From positions 1-58,113 of the IMG/VR virus record IMGVR_UViG_3300035529_000070: a stretch of 58,113 nucleotides of DNA; one strand, 5' to 3'. How positions within the stretch are numbered: position 1 is the stretch's first letter; every line of letters starts with the position of its first letter. This DNA comes from a virus. Positions 17,537 to 24,608 of the stretch are shown here, piece after piece. The notes below the pieces were generated by a model. It was not told the DNA's origin. It was given only the letters and a program-made list of their open reading frames with translations, and did not search any database. Position numbers and translations under genes: made by a program.

Positions 17537-18061
17537 ATGAATGTAGATGTAACTAGAATATATAATATAGAAGGTAATTTTAAAGTGTTAAAAGAAAAAA
17601 TAAAAGATATGTATGGTTTTTTAACTACATATATGATGTCTGGTATGATAGGCTCTTCTGAACTGTTAGATGATTTTGAAATTATAGAGGAAGAAGGAGA
17701 AAAACGTTTATACGGGGTAGTTAATGGTGAAACTACTAGTTATATCCCAGTTAATAAAATTAGCAATATAGTCATTAATCATAATGAAAACGAAGTAGAT
17801 GTCTATTTACTTATAACAACCAAACAAGAAATAGAAGATGAATTAGAGGATTATTTTAAAAAAGTTATGAATAACGATGAATTTTCGATTCAAGAAAAAG
17901 CAAAAAGGGTTTACCTTTATTGGAAAGTATTAGAACAAATATTTTATGAACAATATCCGTTAGATGAATACAATATAGAAAGTATAGTTGTGTTTTTATC
18001 TACTAATAAATCTATAGATAATATGTTAAATAATACTATACAAGATATTTTAGAACTATAA
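17537..18061 (+). CDS. hypothetical protein
   Basis: aaggag RBS. Confidence 0.75.
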   Translation: MNVDVTRIYNIEGNFKVLKEKIKDMYGFLTTYMMSGMIGSSELLDDFEIIEEEGEKRLYGVVNGETTSYIPVNKISNIVINHNENEVDVYLLITTKQEIEDELEDYFKKVMNNDEFSIQEKAKRVYLYWKVLEQIFYEQYPLDEYNIESIVVFLSTNKSIDNMLNNTIQDILEL

Positions 18062-18107
18062 CTATATTCTTCAGTTTTGAAAAACAACATTACAAAAGTA
18101 AAAAGGG

Positions 18108-18305
18108 GTGATTGATTTGAAGTGTTCTATTTGCGGATATGAGCTCGATCATAGGAGAAATTTTATAATAGTTGATAACGATAAGGCTATATGTGAAAAA
18201 TGTTATGAGTTTTCAATAACAACAGTTTTCAAAGATAAAAATGGAAAAGAATATACTCAAAATGAAGTTTCTTGGTTTCCAAATATAAATTTTTTAAAGG
18301 AGTAA
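18108..18305 (+). CDS. small zinc-finger protein
   Basis: CSIC...CEKC. Confidence 0.7.
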   Translation: MIDLKCSICGYELDHRRNFIIVDNDKAICEKCYEFSITTVFKDKNGKEYTQNEVSWFPNINFLKE

Positions 18306-18309
18306 TTAT

Positions 18310-18480
18310 ATGGAAAAATCTATTTTTTGTAAATATATTAAATTTGTTAACAAAGAACCATATATATTTTATTCTGTAGAATACAACGAAGGCACTTCGC
18401 TTTATTTCTATGAGACTAAATCTGAACCTTTATACGATTATATGAAAAGAAAAAATATTGAAATTATTAACTTAAAATAG
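18310..18480 (+). CDS. 56-aa hypothetical protein (MEKSIFCK...)
   Basis: Hand-translated; aaggag RBS. Confidence 0.6.
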   Translation: MEKSIFCKYIKFVNKEPYIFYSVEYNEGTSLYFYETKSEPLYDYMKRKNIEIINLK

Positions 18481-18500
18481 GGAGGGTATGAAATTGACAA

Positions 18501-19151
18501 ATGATGTATGATCATGTCGATGAAGAAGACAAAATAAAAATAAACCCTCAAAGCAAGGAATACCAAGGGTTGTGCGAAAATGGAACTATCGTAAAATTAG
18601 AAAACAATCCAAATGTTTTCACATTAATGCTAATAAACGAAAGCGGTTTATATTCATCTATTTTCGGCAGCCAACTTCCGGAAGCAAAGAAATTTAAAAG
18701 ATGGGTAACTCACGAAGTATTGCCGAGTATTAGAAAACACGGAGCGTACATGACTGAAGATACTCTTGAAAAAGCATTGACTGACCCAGATTTCCTAATA
18801 CAATTAGCAACACAGCTAAAAGAAGAACAAGAAAAAAGAAAAGTCTTAGAATTAGAAAATAGGTCAATGAAACCGAAAGCTGAATACTTCGACGAATTAG
18901 TAGACAGACAATTATTAACTAACTTTAGGGATACAGCTAAAGAATTAGACATGGGCCAAAAGAAATTGATAACTTGGCTTTTGGATAACGACTTCTTATA
19001 CAGAGATAAAAATAAAAAACTAAAAGCATACCAACACCACATAAATGACGGTTTATTCGAATATAAGGATTTTAAAAGCGGAAACTTTGCTTCAGTCCAA
19101 ACACTAGTAACTGTTAAAGGTAAAGAAACTATTAGATTGTTAATGAAATAA
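18501..19151 (+). CDS. BRO-N / KilAC antirepressor-like protein, N-terminally truncated
   Basis: INESGLYS, AKKFKRWVTHEVLPSIRKHGAY, PKAEYFD and QTLVTVKG; first half of BRO-N missing. Confidence 0.85.
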   Translation: MMYDHVDEEDKIKINPQSKEYQGLCENGTIVKLENNPNVFTLMLINESGLYSSIFGSQLPEAKKFKRWVTHEVLPSIRKHGAYMTEDTLEKALTDPDFLIQLATQLKEEQEKRKVLELENRSMKPKAEYFDELVDRQLLTNFRDTAKELDMGQKKLITWLLDNDFLYRDKNKKLKAYQHHINDGLFEYKDFKSGNFASVQTLVTVKGKETIRLLMK

Positions 19152-19213
19152 ATGTTATAAAATATTCTTAATAAGGGGGGCATATTGCCCTCTTTTTTTT
19201 ACCGTATCAAGGG

Positions 19214-19387
19214 TGGGGAATTTTTCCCCACATACACTTGTACACTATGGGGAATTTTTCCCCACTATACATTTATACACCTGGGGAATTTTTCCCCACT
19301 TCTCTATAATGTTATTAACAGATATATGTTGAGGGTGGGGAATTTTTCCTCACATACAGTTGTACACTATGGGGAATTTTTCCCCAC
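19214..19387. repeat. five copies of palindromic TGGGGAATTTTTCCCCAC
   Basis: Starts at 19214, 19248, 19282, 19336 and 19370; spacing 34/34/54/34. Confidence 0.95.
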
Positions 19388-19526
19388 CATACATAAGTAT
19401 AATAAAATGAGGTGTAAAAAGGTAAAGAAAAAGCAGGGTTATTAGCCCTGCAATACAAAGAATAAATTATTATTAAACCAACGTCCATTTGCCACGGTTT
19501 GGTTATTTATATTATACCACACTCAT

Positions 19527-19805
19527 TCATATAACGCCAAGAAACTCTTTGGCTGTATCTATAGTATAATGATCATCGACCCGCCAACTCAATACTTTGA
19601 CATCTTCAGTCTCTCCCGATGTGCTTCCCATATCCGCTTTATACACTATTATAGCTTTGTTGTTACTTAAATAGTTATAAGGGTTTCTTTCTTGCAAAGG
19701 CCTATAATCTTCCTGGGCACTCCATATAAACCTCTTCCCCGATTTCTCTATTTGCTCAACAAATTTATCGTATTCTTCTTTGTTATTCAATATTAATTCT
19801 GTCAT
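19527..19805 (-). CDS. hypothetical protein
   Basis: aaggag RBS. Confidence 0.7.
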   Translation of the reverse strand: MTELILNNKEEYDKFVEQIEKSGKRFIWSAQEDYRPLQERNPYNYLSNNKAIIVYKADMGSTSGETEDVKVLSWRVDDHYTIDTAKEFLGVI

Positions 19806-19850
19806 GTTATCGCTCCTTGTATTATAAAAGGGGCCGTAGCCCCCAATATT

Positions 19851-20186
19851 TTATTTAGGAAAATATCTTTCATCGAGATCATCGTATTTGATCTTAGAAT
19901 AAGTCGTGAACCCGTTGTTCTCCAAAACCATCTTGGTGAACTCGGACTTATCATCCATCACTTCTCTAAGAGTTACCGAGTCTTCGACACAATATTTCTT
20001 GTATTCATCTTCATTCAACTCTATAGCAAGCCATATCTGTTTTTCTTCATCCTGTTCTAAATGCAGCAACACATGTTTAACACCATTACGTTCAGCCAGG
20101 ATTTGTTTCGGACCATCATAATAAAACAACACTTCTAATTGTTTGAAGTCTGGGAAATATATTGTAGGAAAATCCATATCATTCAC
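19851..20186 (-). CDS. hypothetical protein (YYDGP motif, DUF6575-like)
   Basis: EVLFYYDGPK...WL...YFP. Confidence 0.65.
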   Translation of the reverse strand: MNDMDFPTIYFPDFKQLEVLFYYDGPKQILAERNGVKHVLLHLEQDEEKQIWLAIELNEDEYKKYCVEDSVTLREVMDDKSEFTKMVLENNGFTTYSKIKYDDLDERYFPK

Positions 20187-20201
20187 CCTTTCCAGATTTG
20201 G

Positions 20202-20660
20202 TTATATATCATTTTTAATGATATCAGATAAATTTTCTTTTGTTATATCTATGTTTATTATTCTTTGTGCATTTTTATCCATCATCAAATCTTCTGCAAA
20301 TTTTTCGAAATTCTTCTCCATTAATTTTAAAAAGCTTTCTCTATCGGTATGATGTTCTCTTGTTCTATATCTTTTCATAAATGCTTCCTTGTTACCTTTC
20401 AATTTCAAATCTGGATAGATGACTATATAATCTAGGTTGGCATTTGCTAACGCATCTCTTGTTTCTTTGTGTGAAGATACAAAAATAATATCGTAATCAT
20501 CTTTAATTTCTTTTAGTTTATTTATGTAATTATTCGGGAATTCAGGATTTCTTTCACCGTTATCCAACTTTGAAAATGGTGTTGAATCTAAATCCTTTGC
20601 GTTTTCAAAATTTGTTGCATAATAAGTTTTCCCAATACCAGGGAATCCACTAATAATCAT
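20202..20660 (-). CDS. P-loop NTP-binding (kinase-like) phage protein
   Basis: IISGFPGIGKT Walker A; DLDS, FPNNY and VSSH motifs. Confidence 0.85.
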   Translation of the reverse strand: MIISGFPGIGKTYYATNFENAKDLDSTPFSKLDNGERNPEFPNNYINKLKEIKDDYDIIFVSSHKETRDALANANLDYIVIYPDLKLKGNKEAFMKRYRTREHHTDRESFLKLMEKNFEKFAEDLMMDKNAQRIINIDITKENLSDIIKNDI

Positions 20661-20672
20661 ATCAACATCTCC

Positions 20673-21821
20673 TTATTCTTTTTCTTCAATTTTTCCTCCT
20701 TGAACATAATTTTCCATATCCATCGTATATCCATCTATATTTAACCCAAATCCTTCGAAATTTAGCGTCTGTGGCTTTATCTTCTTTATTCCGTCTATTT
20801 CGTCGAACACTCTTTCAAAATAGCTAGAGAGATCATTTAAATCATCTATCATAGATTCTATTTTTTTAATCAAAAACTTAGTTGTTGTAAAATCACTTGT
20901 ATTAGATAATTTGAAATAAGTTAGAAAATCTATTATAGGTTCAAAAATTTTATCTAGTTTTGGCCTTTGTTTTTTAAAATCATACACGAATTCTTGTTGG
21001 CCAAACAAGCTACTCAATATATCTTCTATAGTCGCTCCAACTGCTCTATGTTTATAAAAATCCAAGACTTTATTTATTTCAGATATTTCTTGTTCGGTAA
21101 ATAACTTAGATATTGCTGTTTTCATATCAATAATAGGTATTTGGTGTATATCTGCAAGAGTTTTCAATCCGGATTTATACAACTGCATTTGTACATCCCC
21201 AACGCCTCTAATCTCAAATGTCTGTGAGGATATTTGTGATTCTCTTATTAAAGCAGGAATATAAAAAGAGTTGATATAAGATAGCTCGTATGCATATTCA
21301 TCCTTTATATAATCTACAAAATCATTTGACAAATTCATCAAATAATCTCCAGATATATCATCTTCTTCCTTTTCCAGCGACCTTTTAATAAGACTGGAAA
21401 AATTCCTTTCGGCATAGTCAAACGATTTTTGATCTCCACCCTGGGTGTTTATTATATCGTGGAATGAGCGAGTGATATTAAAATTAGTTTGTAGTAATTC
21501 CGTATACACGCCCCATAAAACAGGCTTTGTTCTATTACCATTTCTATAAAACTCATTCCAATAACTTCCCTCTTTTCTTGAAAGAAATACAGAATATGAA
21601 ACTGCTTTATGTTCCAAATATAACACAGGATATAATACTTTTTGCAATAAAGCCATCTTTAATGGATAAAGAATTTTAGGAAACTCCTGTAGATCAAATG
21701 TTTGTTTCATATAGGCTTTATCATCCTTGTTAAACACCACGCATCCTATTTGCTGATCCGAATCGCTTTCATTTACAACAAAATCCATAACAACTTTTCC
21801 TTCATAATCTTTCATATACAT
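20673..21821 (-). CDS. hypothetical protein (382 aa; start may be 21815)
   Basis: Long ORF, aggagg RBS; IRGVG..MQLYKSG weakly HhH-like. Confidence 0.75.
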   Translation of the reverse strand: MYMKDYEGKVVMDFVVNESDSDQQIGCVVFNKDDKAYMKQTFDLQEFPKILYPLKMALLQKVLYPVLYLEHKAVSYSVFLSRKEGSYWNEFYRNGNRTKPVLWGVYTELLQTNFNITRSFHDIINTQGGDQKSFDYAERNFSSLIKRSLEKEEDDISGDYLMNLSNDFVDYIKDEYAYELSYINSFYIPALIRESQISSQTFEIRGVGDVQMQLYKSGLKTLADIHQIPIIDMKTAISKLFTEQEISEINKVLDFYKHRAVGATIEDILSSLFGQQEFVYDFKKQRPKLDKIFEPIIDFLTYFKLSNTSDFTTTKFLIKKIESMIDDLNDLSSYFERVFDEIDGIKKIKPQTLNFEGFGLNIDGYTMDMENYVQGGKIEEKE

Positions 21822-21829
21822 CCTCCTTT

Positions 21830-21856
21830 AGGGTTTTTTTGGTTTACCCTTTAACC
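21830..21856 (-). promoter_or_regulatory. H-type pseudoknot immediately 5' of the SD (copy 2)
   Basis: Sense GGTT-AA-AGGGT-AAACC-AAAAAA-ACCCT-AAAGGAGG. Confidence 0.55.
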
Positions 21857-22111
21857 AATTTAATAAAAAAAAGAGGGCAGGGGGATCCCCTACCCCAATA
21901 CTCTTATGGGAGATAAGACAGAAGTCTTATGTGTATTATATGATATTAGGAAAAACGGAGTTATTTATAGACCAACCCCCGAGTAATGTCTACCCGATTT
22001 TCCCCACAGTCGAGCACTATGCAACTATAATAAGTTGAGACATTAATCGTCTGGGTTTCTTGTTTTATTACATGGCAGTCAAAAACAAGAACTAAAAAAG
22101 ACTGCCGCTTT

Positions 22112-22199
22112 TGGCGGAGATAGCTGGATTCGAACCAGCAAGTGGGATTAACCACGGTAGGTTAGCAACCTACTGCCTTACCAATTAGACTATATCTCC
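22112..22199 (-). tRNA. tRNA-Ser(GCT)
   Basis: Reverse complement GGAGATA...GTAGG-TTGCTAA-CCTAC, long variable arm, GGTTCGAATCC, TATCTCC-G-CCA. Confidence 0.95.
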
Positions 22200-22204
22200 T
22201 TTTA

Positions 22205-22635
22205 TGGTGGAGACGGCGGGACTCGAACCCGCGTCCGAACATTCAGTAACACCCTGGTTGTCTTTACAGCTTTAACTACTTTAATGTTCACCAATTCATG
22301 GTGTAGTTAGCCGAGAATTTGGTATATCTCTTTTATTTAGTCTAGCCTTTGAAAAGGATTTCCCCTCAAGAGATCAACAAAGTGCCAGAACGGTCTTTGT
22401 ATAATACGTATAGAGTGAGTCAGACCGCAGGCAATCTTCTATACGACAGTCTTGTTAAAATGGCAGTGTTATATTCAGTAGACTGTAACTTACTAATAAC
22501 ACTGAATGGCGCGACTAGGCAGCCATTGGCATTGGTTTTTCGTTGTTTATATTTAAGCAACTTGTTTTAAGAGGATAGTCAACCTCTGCTGCCCAAGGTG
22601 TTACCGATAATGCCCGTCGATACCAGGTCGTCCCC
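22205..22635 (-). ncRNA. ssrA: tmRNA (431 nt)
   Basis: 5' GGGGACGACCTGGTATCGAC; 3' GACGCGGGTTCGAGTCCCGCCGTCTCCACCA with G3:U pair; internal tag ORF (I)NNEKPMPMAA* at 22550-22515. Confidence 0.95.
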
Positions 22636-22801
22636 AAATAAGGTTTTAGTTATACTCCAAAACCTAATGAGTCATCGGAGCCGTCCCCTGTATAAACAGG
22701 TACCACTCGCTGAAGTGATGGCCGATAATAACCAGAACACACGAGACAATCACGCATTATCATAAAAAAATTAGGAAAAGCCAATTCAGCCTTTCCTAAT
22801 T

Positions 22802-22830
22802 ATAGTATCATACATATTAATCTTTGTCAA
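22802..22830 (-). promoter_or_regulatory. sigma70-type promoter upstream of the tmRNA/tRNA locus
   Basis: TTGACA-17-TACTAT with extended TG; abuts the terminator hairpin at 22769-22801. Confidence 0.65.
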
Positions 22831-22846
22831 CTTGAATTTCGTGTTT

Positions 22847-23101
22847 TTATTTCATTCCAGAGCCATCGGCTTTACCTTGTCCCGGTCCAGCTCCTTTGCC
22901 ATGTGGTCCAGTACCGTCTTGCTTTGGCTGTCTACTTTGATTATAATCCCTCAACGCTAAACTCATAGCTTCTTTATTAGATTTACCTTGTGCTACATAT
23001 TTTGCTTGAAGTCTTCTAAGTTCTTGAGCATTTTGTTCTGATTGTGCACTTTTTTCCTTAAGAGTGTTTGCTGCAGTTTTAATAAATTCTTCACTTATCA
23101 T
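22847..23101 (-). CDS. MISEEFIKTA-leader small protein
   Basis: ggagg RBS; family leader; C-terminal DGTGPHGKG motif. Confidence 0.8.
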   Translation of the reverse strand: MISEEFIKTAANTLKEKSAQSEQNAQELRRLQAKYVAQGKSNKEAMSLALRDYNQSRQPKQDGTGPHGKGAGPGQGKADGSGMK

Positions 23102-23114
23102 TTTTACTAACCTC

Positions 23115-23519
23115 CTATTTTATTTTGTTTAAATAATCGTACACATATTCTGAACTTCTATTCATCAATTGATCTCTCTCTTCATCTGTCAATTTGTTCG
23201 CTTTTCTTTTTATTTTATTATTATGAAGAGCGTTTCCTAAATATCCTGCAGTGCTTCCTATTACAGAACCGACAGCAGCGCCAACAGGGACTCCAACTAT
23301 AGCACCTGCGGCAGCCCTTTCTTGCCATTTTGCTGGAAGATTTTCGTTAGCAATACCGCCAGTCCCTCCACCAATCGCTCCACCAGCTGCCCCTACTAAC
23401 CCACCTGTTAGTCCACCTTCCAATGCTCTTTGATACCCTAAAGGCTTTTTACGGTCTATATAATTCATCAATTCTTCTGTAGATGCAGCAATCTTATAGT
23501 ATCTTGCAGTTTTCAACAT
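23115..23519 (-). CDS. MLKTARYYKIA-leader glycine-zipper protein
   Basis: aaggagg RBS; two Gly-zipper helices. Confidence 0.8.
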   Translation of the reverse strand: MLKTARYYKIAASTEELMNYIDRKKPLGYQRALEGGLTGGLVGAAGGAIGGGTGGIANENLPAKWQERAAAGAIVGVPVGAAVGSVIGSTAGYLGNALHNNKIKRKANKLTDEERDQLMNRSSEYVYDYLNKIK

Positions 23520-23536
23520 AGCAATTGCCTCCTTAT

Positions 23537-24121
23537 TTATATAATAGCTCTTCCAAAACCTTTTAATAAAGTTGGGGCTATATTTTTTTGGAAATTTTCT
23601 TTTTTTGTATATTTATTATCTTCCAAATATTTATCTAAAGCTTGACTATATTCTGGGTTTGTTCCTTCTTGATTTTGTTGTCCAATAAAATCTTGTCTAT
23701 TTTTTGTGGTTTGCCTTACTACGGTAGGATTTGTAGGCCCATTCATAGGTGTATAATGTTTTTTAAATGTAGGTGTTCTCATTAATAGTTTGTCTATTTT
23801 TTCAGGAGAAGCATTTTGAGTTTCCATAACTACATCATCTGGTAATTCGTTTATCATTTGGTTATAAATATCTTTTCTCTTCTTGGCTTGCACTTTGCTA
23901 GCTCCACTAGATAATGCACCCAACCCAAGCCCCGCTAACGCTCCAATAGGGATTGCAGCAGGTCCTGCTCCAGCTGCGGCAGTTCCAACAGTTGCAAGAC
24001 TACCCATTAACATTCCTGGTAATACACCATTATGGCCATCGTTCCCACTGTACATTTCTTTCAACCTTTGTCTTTGTTCTTCTACTGAATAAGCCGTTTT
24101 CATAAATTCATCACTTATCAT
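23537..24121 (-). CDS. MISDEFMKTA-leader glycine-zipper protein
   Basis: aggagg RBS; Gly/Ala hydrophobic hairpin. Confidence 0.8.
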   Translation of the reverse strand: MISDEFMKTAYSVEEQRQRLKEMYSGNDGHNGVLPGMLMGSLATVGTAAAGAGPAAIPIGALAGLGLGALSSGASKVQAKKRKDIYNQMINELPDDVVMETQNASPEKIDKLLMRTPTFKKHYTPMNGPTNPTVVRQTTKNRQDFIGQQNQEGTNPEYSQALDKYLEDNKYTKKENFQKNIAPTLLKGFGRAII

Positions 24122-24204
24122 CTAAATTACCTCCTGTTTGCGTATTATAATTTCTTTATATTTTTTATCGTTGTAGTTACCTCATGATAGGAAAATTAAT
24201 TATC

Positions 24205-24549
24205 TCAGAAAATATTGTTAATAGCCCCTGTCATCATCTGCATTAAATTTTTAACAAGAAAACTATCGTTTTCACTAATGTATTTTTCTATAGATTCTTT
24301 CGCTTGATTTGGTGGCATATTCAAATACTTTTGGATTGTATTTTCAGGAATTATATCTATTAAATCTTCAATCGAGTTTTTGTCTAATCTTACGGATATT
24401 GATTCATAATCCCCAGAGCCCTTATCTCCAGAAGTGAAAGTATACATATGAGGTTTTCTCGCTTTAAGAAGATGCTTTGTAAGACTTTTCTTGCCATTTT
24501 GTTCTTTTTGAAACCAAAAAGCCGTTTTTATAAATTCATCATTTATCAT
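24205..24549 (-). CDS. MINDEFIKTA-leader protein
   Basis: gaggagg RBS; upstream sequence (ggaggtaatttagATGATA) same as 24121. Confidence 0.8.
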   Translation of the reverse strand: MINDEFIKTAFWFQKEQNGKKSLTKHLLKARKPHMYTFTSGDKGSGDYESISVRLDKNSIEDLIDIIPENTIQKYLNMPPNQAKESIEKYISENDSFLVKNLMQMMTGAINNIF

Positions 24550-24608
24550 CTAAATTACCTCCTCATTAATAAAAAAAGTTTATCTATTGACCACAATCGT
24601 ATAACACT

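Noticed and set aside
19214-19387. CRISPR array
   Set aside because: The repeat is only 18 bp, the spacers are 16 bp and similar to each other, units 1-2 are duplicated as 4-5, and no cas genes are in the window.
19185-19445. 86-aa ORF across the repeat array
   Set aside because: Starts inside a terminator with no RBS; the translation merely reflects the DNA repeats.
21961-22570. ORFs 21961-22155 and 22349-22570
   Set aside because: They overlap the tRNA-Ser and tmRNA and lack an RBS.
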